Program-made: the position numbers and the translations under genes
Part shown: positions 11,070 to 19,977 of the stretch, piece by piece
How positions within the stretch are numbered: the first letter of the stretch is position 1
Layout of the letters: each line of letters opens with the position of its first letter
The notes under the pieces: generated by a model
The model's database searches: none
The model's input: the letters and a program-made list of their open reading frames with translations, nothing else
What the model was told of the DNA's origin: nothing
NCBI GenBank assembly: GCA_963663965.2
Contig: CAXXFK010000025.1
Location: 198,664-262,663, forward strand
Source of the DNA: Sedimentisphaerales bacterium
GTDB taxonomy: Bacteria; Planctomycetota; Phycisphaerae; Sedimentisphaerales; SM23-30
Reading direction: 5' to 3'
DNA: 64,000 nt

Positions 11070-13151
11070 TTAACGCAACCACCACCATTTGCGGTGAATG
11101 ATGCGGATGGTATCATAACCGGAGACGACATAACCATCATAGGTTTTCGCGCCGATTTCACAGACGGCTTCAATATCATGCTCGGCCAACTTACGGATAT
11201 CGATAAAGGCTACCAAATCTTTATCGCCGTCGCCATCGATATCGCACAGATGCGCCATGACGTGTTTTTTGCGGCATCCCCAGACTTTGACGATGCCATC
11301 ATCAAAACTGGCGCCGCTCAAGGTGATAGTGGCCGGATCGATCAGGGCGGCATCGAAATTTTCATCGGTGATAAATGCCACTGGAACAACCCCGCAGGAA
11401 TGGAGCACAACCACATTATCATCGGTTCCGGGACGAATATCGATTGTCACATCGTAAATGCTTAATGTCACACTGGTAACCACTGTTTCGCTTACCAGAC
11501 CGTTTTGATCAACGACCGTTAAGGATACTTCCGTCTGGCCCAGTGGGAATTCGCAATTAACCAGATCGGAATCGATATCGACATCATTGGCCGGATCGCC
11601 GTCGCCATCGGTATCATAGGCAGTATTCAAATCCCAGAGATACGAAACGATGGGAGTGCCGATGGGGCTTTCGCTGGCCGAACCATCCAGTAAGACAGCG
11701 CCGCCATCCCAGCTGGTCGCGTGGAACGTATAGGGTCCGCCGGGATTGGCAACCGGTTTAACCGCCGGGGAAGTCAGGAACGCCAGATCATCCATGGAAT
11801 ATCGCCAGGTATTGGTATCCATATCAGTCATCACCACATACCAGACGCAATTACTGAAAAGCGAATTGGTCGTCGCGTCAATTGCTTCCAGATATTGCGG
11901 TTCTTCGGTCAATTCCAATCGATCCGATTCACAAATGGGATTGCCCTGGCTATCATATCCAACCAGCCAGATTTCGAATGGCGTGTCAATATTTTCCGGT
12001 AACAGGCTGGAACTGGCTCTGGCAAACCAGGCGCCTAAAAGCTGCCCTTCTACATAGATCGCAGGATCGAAACCAAACTCGATGAAGTCCGAACCGCTAT
12101 TGCCATAATTATAGGCGTATTTCTGGCCGGAATGCGGCATGGAATAATCCGGTGCGGCCTGCTCTACCCCCAGCCCAACTCGATCGGTTCCCTCATATTT
12201 CCAGATCAGACCGGCATAGCTGGCTGGAACAAAGGAAAAATAGGTCGGAGTTAAATCTTCAAAATCAATGATGATCTGCTGGCCGGGTTCGGCATAAGGA
12301 TTGACTTGAACGCTGGCCGATACCGCCGGACTCACGGTTCCGTTGTCATTAATGACAGTCAGGCTGATGTCAGTAATGCCAACCGGGAAAAACGCAGATA
12401 TAATTTCACCCACCATATCGACATCATCATCCGTGAATCCATTGTTGTCGGAATCCACCGCCAGATCCAGGTCCCAGCGCCAATCGACTATCGCAACCCC
12501 GGTGGAATCGTAACTTCCACCTCCGTCCAGAGTCACATAAGCGCCATCCAGAGTATCGGCGGGAATATACTGATAGGGTCCGCCCGGCACGGCGACAGGA
12601 TTGTCGGATGGGCCATCCAGAAAATTGATATCATCAATAGAGAATTTAACAAATCCATCATTAACCCGAGGTTCGGCAACGATACGCGGGGCATAACCGA
12701 ATGATTGGCCGGTATTCATATCAATCGCCATTAATTGCTGAGGTTCACTGGTCACTAATAAATAATCCGTCTGTGCTATAACGTTATCGTCGGTATCATA
12801 AGCAACCAGACGAACCTCTTCAGCGGCGCCCGTAGCCGCATTGGTCACCCAGAGATATTGCAAACGGGCATCGGGATATACCGCCGGATCAAAATCGATC
12901 TCGATATAAGGATAACTGACCGGGAAAATATAATTATTACCCGTGTGAGGTTCTGAATAATTGGGATTAACCGATTCCGACATAAACCGTACGCCAGGGA
13001 AGGATACCCCATCATATGGATATCTGATACTGGTTCCGGAACTGCTTGATAATCCCTGATCTTCAAAACCGATCTCAATCAATTCGGCGTTTGCCCAAAC
13101 CACCATGAAACCCAAGGCTACCAGAAAAATTCCAGTCAATCTCTTACACAT
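11070..13151 (-). CDS. Secreted acidic protein with two PKD-like modules and Ca-binding DxDGDG motifs
   Basis: Signal peptide after RBS (MCKRLTG...); two copies of IxFED...PVAxPGGPY...LDGxxS...WDL; DTDGDGD and DIDGDGDKD motifs. Confidence 0.7.
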   Translation of the reverse strand: MCKRLTGIFLVALGFMVVWANAELIEIGFEDQGLSSSSGTSIRYPYDGVSFPGVRFMSESVNPNYSEPHTGNNYIFPVSYPYIEIDFDPAVYPDARLQYLWVTNAATGAAEEVRLVAYDTDDNVIAQTDYLLVTSEPQQLMAIDMNTGQSFGYAPRIVAEPRVNDGFVKFSIDDINFLDGPSDNPVAVPGGPYQYIPADTLDGAYVTLDGGGSYDSTGVAIVDWRWDLDLAVDSDNNGFTDDDVDMVGEIISAFFPVGITDISLTVINDNGTVSPAVSASVQVNPYAEPGQQIIIDFEDLTPTYFSFVPASYAGLIWKYEGTDRVGLGVEQAAPDYSMPHSGQKYAYNYGNSGSDFIEFGFDPAIYVEGQLLGAWFARASSSLLPENIDTPFEIWLVGYDSQGNPICESDRLELTEEPQYLEAIDATTNSLFSNCVWYVVMTDMDTNTWRYSMDDLAFLTSPAVKPVANPGGPYTFHATSWDGGAVLLDGSASESPIGTPIVSYLWDLNTAYDTDGDGDPANDVDIDSDLVNCEFPLGQTEVSLTVVDQNGLVSETVVTSVTLSIYDVTIDIRPGTDDNVVVLHSCGVVPVAFITDENFDAALIDPATITLSGASFDDGIVKVWGCRKKHVMAHLCDIDGDGDKDLVAFIDIRKLAEHDIEAVCEIGAKTYDGYVVSGYDTIRIIHRKWWWLR

Positions 13152-13455
13152 AACAACTCCCTTCAAAAACGAACTATCATCATGCCTGACAACCATTGTC
13201 AGGTCAGGTATCGATTAAGTTGTTCTCCCTGTGACGTTCATCTGAAACTAACGTCACCGTATTGTTATGAATGGTATAGAACCGACAAAGCCATTTGTTA
13301 CCGGCTTGTTAGCTCAATCCCCATATATTAAGTTCGATTACTTTATAAACAAATGGGGGAATGAATACAAGAAAAATATCGGTTCTTATCTAACGTCCGA
13401 TAATCCCACATGCTTGAGGGTTGTTTCTTTTTCGGTTAAACCTTACGAAACCGAC

Positions 13456-14508
13456 TTATTCCAAGCCAAGTGTCCGCATCAACTCTTTTTCAGCAGTTGT
13501 CCGGGGATACACTGTCTTGTTACGTGAAAATGTGTTTTTGAAATAACTCAATAAATTATAGATATCGTTGTCTATCACTTGTAGAATAATCACATCAGGA
13601 TCGACATACCTGGCGCGTTCGGTCAGCAATTCCAGTTCCTGTAAAATCGTATAGCCTCCTTTGCCGGCATTGACCACATCGTGAGCATGAAATTCATACA
13701 ATAGATTGGGCCAGGTGTCCTGATCGTAAACCAGCGAACCAAAGGTAAATGAATCTCCCAGCGCTAAAATGCGTTGTTCAGTCTTGGGAAAGCTCACATC
13801 CCGCAACATGCGAAAACCTTGTTTATTAGTCCGTACCCGATAATGAAAATCCGGATAGGTTTCAACGCGCCGATCCTGACTGGCGGGATGATCTCCCATA
13901 ACATCCGGTTTGGGTTGAAACTCAGCTTGCGAACGCCATTCGGATTGATGACTCAACCAGTCATGAACCGCTTGGCTCACCAGCCAGTTACCGTATCGGT
14001 TTAAATGAAAATCTCCCGGCTTGAAGTTGAGCGCCTCTGGAGAATATCCTGAAAACGTATCTGACAGATCAATCAGATCAATGTGATATTTGTCGGTCAA
14101 TTGATGAAAGAATTCTCGATACCGACCTCGGTATTCCGTGGGAATCCATTCATCCTGAGTTGGGATGTAAAGCAGGGCCAGCTGGATTTGATATTGCCGG
14201 CAGAAATCGACCAATCGCTTGAAGTAGCTGTCATATTCCGTCTGTAACTCCGCCAACAAAACCTGTCCCATCGGTTCATGCAATGCCCGCACCAGTTCCT
14301 CCGCCTGGGATTCACTGATCATCTGCCGGGCGCGTCGCCACAGGATTTGTTTCTGGACGATCTCGATGGCATGCGCCAGCGCCAGTTTATGGCCGCTGCT
14401 TTTCTGGTAAAAGGCGCATCGCAATCCGATTTCCGCCAGAATCAACAACACCAGCAAAGGAAGCAGGGCAAAAATGATTGACTGGGTAATGGATCGTCGG
14501 GACATCAT
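13456..14508 (-). CDS. Membrane-anchored SGNH/GDSL hydrolase with permuted motif order
   Basis: N-terminal TM; LGDSFTFG, VNAGKGGY, IDND and DFHLNRYG motifs all present. Confidence 0.75.
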   Translation of the reverse strand: MMSRRSITQSIIFALLPLLVLLILAEIGLRCAFYQKSSGHKLALAHAIEIVQKQILWRRARQMISESQAEELVRALHEPMGQVLLAELQTEYDSYFKRLVDFCRQYQIQLALLYIPTQDEWIPTEYRGRYREFFHQLTDKYHIDLIDLSDTFSGYSPEALNFKPGDFHLNRYGNWLVSQAVHDWLSHQSEWRSQAEFQPKPDVMGDHPASQDRRVETYPDFHYRVRTNKQGFRMLRDVSFPKTEQRILALGDSFTFGSLVYDQDTWPNLLYEFHAHDVVNAGKGGYTILQELELLTERARYVDPDVIILQVIDNDIYNLLSYFKNTFSRNKTVYPRTTAEKELMRTLGLE

Positions 14509-14517
14509 TATCCCATT

Positions 14518-16551
14518 TTAGAAACGCAATGTCAGACTGGCATAAATACCACGCTGGATTTCTGAATTAACTGATCCAATATAGGGATCCGCCCCAAATT
14601 CCGGATGCTGGTTATCCAGCAGATTCTGCCCCCAGATCGCCAAATCGGCATTGGGATTCATATGCCAGGTAACACCGGTATTCATGATCGTATGAGCCGG
14701 AACTCCAAGGCCGGCAATATTATCATAATAATATAATCCGGTATTCCATTCAACTTCAGGGGTGATATCCACCCAGGACTGCATTTTGACCTGGTTTGTA
14801 GGGACATCATCTTCAAAGCCCGTGTCAGGATCATCGTATTGGATATCCTGAATGGAATAACTCGACGCCAACCGCCAGTAATCGGTCGGTTGCCATTGAG
14901 TAGACGCTTCAAAGCCGTAGATATCGCCTGATTTGGTATTCGTCACCTCATAATAGAGAAATCCCACCTCTTTAAAGGCAATCAAACGATCATACTGATT
15001 GTAAAATGCCGCAAAATCGAATGTCAGATTCTGTCTGGGCATAATCCGGTACCCCAGTTCCCAGGCCAGCACTTCTTCGTATTGGATATCGTCCGAACCG
15101 CGAAACCTCATGACCACGCCAGGCATGATCGCCTGAACAGCGACCCGGCCATATTTCTGGATTGATCCGGGTAATCCTACCGCGCGGGAGACCGAGGCCC
15201 AAACCGTCTGTTTATCATCAGGCATCCAGGCCAGACGGGCGCTGGGTTGGTATTCCAAATCGGTATATTCATTATATTCTAATTTTGTACCCAATGTCAG
15301 ATAAAGCTGTTTATCAATTAATGGGATCGTATCCTGAACAAAACCCGTATAGATATCAAACGCCATTTCATCGTCTATAAAATAGATCTTGCTGGAACGT
15401 TGAAACTGGTCCCATTCATGTCGATAACCCAGGCCGGCAACCAGTTTATGCTCCTCAGTAAACATATAGTTAAACTGATAATCAAAGTCTACGATATGGA
15501 CCTGTGTTTCGAGATCATCTCCCGGTAAAGGGGTATGGGTGCCGGTATAATCGTAGTACATCTGCAAGGTGCCTTGAGCGACATCGGAATAGGTCTGATT
15601 CAATCGTCCCAGAAGATTCCAGCCTTCATTGGTCGCATCGATCGGATAAATCACGTTGGTTCCCGCAAGCACATCAGGCACACTCCAGTTTTCGCTGAAC
15701 CGGCCCCTGAACGCATCGCCTTGCAAAGTGAACCGCATATTTTCCTGGCCATCCCAGTCAATACGGAATCCTCCCTGGCCCAAACCTGAATCATCACTAT
15801 ATCGCGAATTCATATTGGCGGTTTGGTCCGTCTCCATATATTTACCATATAGCCGAAACGCACCTTCATCCCACTGGCCGCCATAACGCAAGGTACTGAA
15901 ACCGGAATATTCAGTCCCCCCTCCTATTTTGAATAGCAGGCCCTGAGTTTCGCGTGCCGGTTTGGAGACTATATTGATAATCCCATTAATCGCGTTAGAG
16001 CCCCACAGGGTGGCGCCCGGCCCCCGCACGACTTCAATTCGATCAATATCCTCCAGAACATAATCTTTCTCTTCCCAATAGACCCCGGAAAACAGAGGGG
16101 TAAATAACGTGCGCCCATCCATCTGCACCAGCATGTGCTGACTGAAGCGGCTGGCCTGTTCGCGTGCACTGATCGCCCATTTATTCCCATCGATCCGGCC
16201 AACAAACAAACCGGGCACCGTTCGAAGTTGTTCAGGGATTGTCAGAAATCCGTTGCGGCGGATATCTTCATCGCGAATAACATACAAGGCCGCCGGCGCA
16301 CGGAACAGGGTATCGTTTTCACCACGCGTTACGGAGATGACTTCAATATTCATCAAGTCTTCCAGCGAAAGATCCGTTAAATCCTGATCCGAATCCGGAA
16401 TATCCAGAGTTGCCTGAGACTCAACCCTCTCTATCGGATCATCTGGCTCTGTCGGAGTGTCATCCTGTACAGCGCCCGAAAGCCAGCCTGCCAATATGAG
16501 ATGGATCCATAATGCGGTCTGATACCAAGCCATACCATGGGATTGTTGCAT
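14518..16551 (-). CDS. TonB-dependent outer-membrane receptor
   Basis: LTDLSLEDLMNIEVISV, plug motif IDRIEVVRGPGATLWGSNAINGIINI, NLLD and C-terminal Phe. Confidence 0.92.
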   Translation of the reverse strand: MQQSHGMAWYQTALWIHLILAGWLSGAVQDDTPTEPDDPIERVESQATLDIPDSDQDLTDLSLEDLMNIEVISVTRGENDTLFRAPAALYVIRDEDIRRNGFLTIPEQLRTVPGLFVGRIDGNKWAISAREQASRFSQHMLVQMDGRTLFTPLFSGVYWEEKDYVLEDIDRIEVVRGPGATLWGSNAINGIINIVSKPARETQGLLFKIGGGTEYSGFSTLRYGGQWDEGAFRLYGKYMETDQTANMNSRYSDDSGLGQGGFRIDWDGQENMRFTLQGDAFRGRFSENWSVPDVLAGTNVIYPIDATNEGWNLLGRLNQTYSDVAQGTLQMYYDYTGTHTPLPGDDLETQVHIVDFDYQFNYMFTEEHKLVAGLGYRHEWDQFQRSSKIYFIDDEMAFDIYTGFVQDTIPLIDKQLYLTLGTKLEYNEYTDLEYQPSARLAWMPDDKQTVWASVSRAVGLPGSIQKYGRVAVQAIMPGVVMRFRGSDDIQYEEVLAWELGYRIMPRQNLTFDFAAFYNQYDRLIAFKEVGFLYYEVTNTKSGDIYGFEASTQWQPTDYWRLASSYSIQDIQYDDPDTGFEDDVPTNQVKMQSWVDITPEVEWNTGLYYYDNIAGLGVPAHTIMNTGVTWHMNPNADLAIWGQNLLDNQHPEFGADPYIGSVNSEIQRGIYASLTLRF

Positions 16552-17298
16552 AATATTATCCTTGTATTGAACTTTATTTTTATGACCCTTTTAAAGGACA
16601 AAAATAATGATTTCCTGTCATTGACATCGTACCTTTTCTCATGCCTTTTTAATTCTATCATGATATTATTCTTATAATTTACCACCGTAAAAGCCGCTTT
16701 CATAAAATATTCCATACAATGCCATTTTTGCTCTTTTTATGTTGACCGGATGATATTTTTTAAAAAAAGTGTTTCATTTTCTGAGATTCCGGTTAAAATA
16801 GGAGCTTAGTTGGAATTCAATATAAATTGAGGGCAAGGTAATACCCTGTTTTCAGTATTGAAAAACCAGACTAGACGAATATCACCGATCAGGCCGGCGT
16901 ATTGGTGGAAAACATCCCAAGGTTTATTCATGACCCTCTGGGCATGACAAATTGAATTTTGTTATGACAACAAAAAACTGCCGCGAAACTCTGGCATGCA
17001 ATTTCCAGGGAAATGGCTTTCCTGTGTTATCAATCATGCTTGCAGATTATCGGGCTTTTTTAAGTGGAAATAAGGCAGGGATTCAAGTGAGTTGCGCATG
17101 ATGTCACGCAGTTTTATTCGATAAACCAGGATTGGACCTGGTTTGCCTCTATTCATTAACACGACATCCCGCTTATGATAAAGGCTTGCGGATTGCCTTG
17201 AATCATATTCACGATTGTTTACTTTTCTCAAACGAAAAGTTTTTCCCGGGAACCGAAAAACGGTTTCATGCGATTTCATCCTTACCATAGAGAATTTT

Positions 17299-18408
17299 AT
17301 GAGCAAAAAGGAAATTGAAGTAAAAGGCATTCTGGAAATCATGCCCAAGGGACACGGCTTTCTACGCCAGAAAGCGCTCGGATTTGTATTCAATGGCGAT
17401 GACCCTTATATCAGCCGTGAGATCATTACCGCCAACAAATTGCGCGAAGGACTGGAGATTACCGCAACGACCAATGGGATTCAGGGCAACAGCCTGAAGG
17501 TCGAGAACATTCTGATGATCAATGGCCATCAACCGGGCGAATATATGGACTTGATGCCTTATGAAACCCTGACGGTGATCGATCCCAATGAATGGCTAAA
17601 GCTGGAAACTGATGGCGGCCCGATGACCACCCGGGTGATCGACCTGCTGACTCCCATCGGCAAAGGCCAGCGTGGGTTGATTGTAGCCCCTCCTCGCTCG
17701 GGGAAAACCGTCCTGATGCAGCATATGGCCAATGGAATCGTCAAGAACCATCCTGACGACTATTTGATGATGCTGCTGGTGGATGAGCGCCCCGAGGAAG
17801 TCACCGATATAAAACGTTCGATCGAAGCGGATGTGATTGCGTCTTCCAACGACAAGAACGTCAAAAGCCATGTCCGTACCGCCAAACTCGCCATGGAAAT
17901 GGGCAAACGCAAAATGGAATTCGGACAGGATGTGATTATCTTTCTCGATTCCATCACCCGGTTGGGGCGCGCGTTTAACAGCTGGATCCGTTCCAGCGGC
18001 CGGACCATGAGCGGCGGATTGGATATCCAGGCGCTGCAACTGCCCAAACAACTGTTTGGCAGCGCGCGCAATATTGAAGGCGGCGGTTCGCTGACCATTA
18101 TCGCCACTGCGCTGGTCGATACCGGCAGCCGCATGGACGAGGTGATCTTCCAGGAATTTAAAGGAACCGGAAACATGGAACTGGTACTGGATCGACGTCT
18201 GGCCAATCGCAGGATTTATCCCTCCTTGAATATTTCTGAATCAGGCACCCGCAAAGAAGAACTGCTTATACCGCCCCAGGATCTCCAGAAGATCTATCGC
18301 CTGCGCCGCCACCTCGACGGCATGCCTTTCGGTCACGACATGGAAATGCTGCTCAAAGCGCTGGGGCAGCATAAAACCAACAAGCAATTCCTCGCCGCGT
18401 TGCCGTAA
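17299..18408 (+). CDS. rho: Transcription termination factor Rho (short form)
   Basis: GHGFLR RNA-binding motif, PIGKGQR, APPRSGKT Walker A, DERPEEVTD, LDSITRL, EFKGTGNMEL, SGTRKEELL. Confidence 0.95.
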   Translation: MSKKEIEVKGILEIMPKGHGFLRQKALGFVFNGDDPYISREIITANKLREGLEITATTNGIQGNSLKVENILMINGHQPGEYMDLMPYETLTVIDPNEWLKLETDGGPMTTRVIDLLTPIGKGQRGLIVAPPRSGKTVLMQHMANGIVKNHPDDYLMMLLVDERPEEVTDIKRSIEADVIASSNDKNVKSHVRTAKLAMEMGKRKMEFGQDVIIFLDSITRLGRAFNSWIRSSGRTMSGGLDIQALQLPKQLFGSARNIEGGGSLTIIATALVDTGSRMDEVIFQEFKGTGNMELVLDRRLANRRIYPSLNISESGTRKEELLIPPQDLQKIYRLRRHLDGMPFGHDMEMLLKALGQHKTNKQFLAALP

Positions 18409-18818
18409 TCAAGTCTATTAATCCCTGCTTACCTTGGACACTTCAAGCACCTTTTAACAACACAGTGCACATTAAATACACAGTGTATATTATGTGGTTG
18501 ACAGGGCTTTCGCTGAGTATGAATTGGGTGGGCAATTTGATCCGGCTCGACAATATCTTTATTGAAGTGTCCTGTGGTATGATCTGGGGTTGATATGGGC
18601 AGGGTATGATCGGGTCATCGAATTACCCTGCCCGGTGGGTATGCTTGGGATTTGAACCATTCTTTGCTGTGTTATGGACCGTTCATGCTCTGGTAAGAAG
18701 GTCGGTTGCCCGGCTGCTGGTTTTTGGGGCTATGGTTGATAGACACTGGGTGTGTTGCATTGATGGGATTGATGCAATTCGGGGGGATCGGATCGCAATT
18801 TTGCTGGCTGGGTGGTTG

Positions 18819-19772
18819 TCAACTGGCGTGGACGGCTTTGAGGGCGAAGAGGCCGGTGGTGGGGAGGGGGATGGGGTTGGTGCGGCGGTGGTATTGGCCG
18901 GTTTGTCGGAAGGTTTGGAGTTGCTGGCGGATGTAGGTTTCGGAGCCGATGGCCAGGCCGTCGATGAAGTGTTTGAACTGTTGCAGGAAGAGGCCGGGGT
19001 GGGCGAAGCCCAGGGAGCGTTCGTTTTCGAGGATGGCGGCGGGGATTGGGGGGTGCTTGGCCTGGGAGTCGGCGTCTGAGGGTGCGAGGTTGCCGCGGTA
19101 GGTGAGGCGGTGGGTGTAATCTTTGAGGGCCTGGGGCTCGGTGGTGCGCTGGTCGAAGAGTTGGTGGAGGGGTAATAGCCAGGCGGCGGCGTGGCGGTTT
19201 TGGGTGCGATGGTGGTAGGAGCAGAACTCGTAATCGGCGGGGTGGGCGGCCTGGCCGGCGCGGACGGGGTTGAGATCGACGTAGAGCATGCAGTCGCGGA
19301 CGGCGCGTAAGTCTTTGAGAAATAGTGACTTGAAGCGCGTGGCCCAGAAGCGGCCGCGGCGTTCGAAGGTCTGGTTGTACCATTTGGCGAAGCGGGCCTG
19401 GAGGTTGCGGAGGAGCTCGGAGAGGTCGAAGAGGCGGTCGTTGAAGCGCTGCCATTGGGCCGGGGACCAGTTGGCGATGATTTCCTGGGAGTGGGGGCCG
19501 GGGTAGAGGAGGTGGGCGCGGCGGGCGAGTTCGGCGGGCGGGAGCTGGGATTTGGGGTCGAAGCGGAGAATGAGGTGGTAGTGGTTGCCCATGAGGGCGA
19601 AGGCGGCGACTTCGCAGCAGTAGGCGCGGGTGTAGTGCTGGATGAGGGCGAGGAGTTTGCGCCGGCAGTGGGGCTGCTGGAGCGGGCGGTCGGCGGGTGA
19701 GCCGGCGATGCGGCTGTAGACGTGGTAGAAGGCGGCGAACCGGGTCTGCTTGAAGCGAAGGCGGCAGGACAT
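18819..19772 (-). CDS. REP-associated tyrosine transposase (RAYT, IS200-like Y1 HUH)
   Basis: FYHVYSR, LMGNHYHLIL (HUH), GRFWATRFKS, YVDLNPVRAG (catalytic Tyr), YEFCSY; RBS aaggag. Confidence 0.9.
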   Translation of the reverse strand: MSCRLRFKQTRFAAFYHVYSRIAGSPADRPLQQPHCRRKLLALIQHYTRAYCCEVAAFALMGNHYHLILRFDPKSQLPPAELARRAHLLYPGPHSQEIIANWSPAQWQRFNDRLFDLSELLRNLQARFAKWYNQTFERRGRFWATRFKSLFLKDLRAVRDCMLYVDLNPVRAGQAAHPADYEFCSYHHRTQNRHAAAWLLPLHQLFDQRTTEPQALKDYTHRLTYRGNLAPSDADSQAKHPPIPAAILENERSLGFAHPGLFLQQFKHFIDGLAIGSETYIRQQLQTFRQTGQYHRRTNPIPLPTTGLFALKAVHAS

Positions 19773-19840
19773 AACGTAACTCCTTTTATATAAATACGAT
19801 ATACTAATTAATGATTGGTATGAGGGCTTTGGATAGTTGA

Positions 19841-19869
19841 AGGATAATGGGTGAAGAAAGAGTTGTCAA
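19841..19869 (-). promoter_or_regulatory. sigma70-type promoter of RAYT; its -35 box is part of the terminal repeat
   Basis: Minus strand TTGACA-N17-TATCCT, about 70 bp upstream of the ATG. Confidence 0.6.
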
Positions 19870-19908
19870 CAAATTAATATACACTGTGTATATTAAAAAG
19901 AGAAGATA

Positions 19909-19936
19909 TTGCATTTTTAAATGAATTTGCTATACT
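19909..19936 (+). promoter_or_regulatory. Putative tyrS promoter
   Basis: TTGCAT-N16-TATACT with extended -10 TG. Confidence 0.5.
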
Positions 19937-19977
19937 AATTTATTAATTAAAACCGCACCTAAGATGGAGCACGATAA

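Larger units (their letters stand above)
18475..19892 (-). mobile_element. RAYT (HUH Y1 transposase) element bounded by ~29-bp imperfect inverted repeats
   Basis: IRs at 18475-18503 (aatacacagtgtatattatgtggttgaca) and 19864-19892 (reverse complement tatacacagtgtatattaatttgttgaca) enclose the transposase; base composition differs from rho and tyrS. Confidence 0.75.

Noticed and set aside
16992..17006. sigma54-like TGGCATG-CAAT-TTCC upstream of rho
   Set aside because: The -12 GC is replaced by CC.
18606..19700. Long alternative ORFs overlapping RAYT (18730-19455, 18606-19079, 19455-19700)
   Set aside because: Pro/Arg- or Gly-rich shadow frames caused by the extreme C/G skew; RAYT motifs identify the real frame.
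19878..19892. TATACACAGTGTATA as a LexA box
   Set aside because: Does not fit CTGT-N8-ACAG or GAAC-N4-GTTC and is not found upstream of recA.
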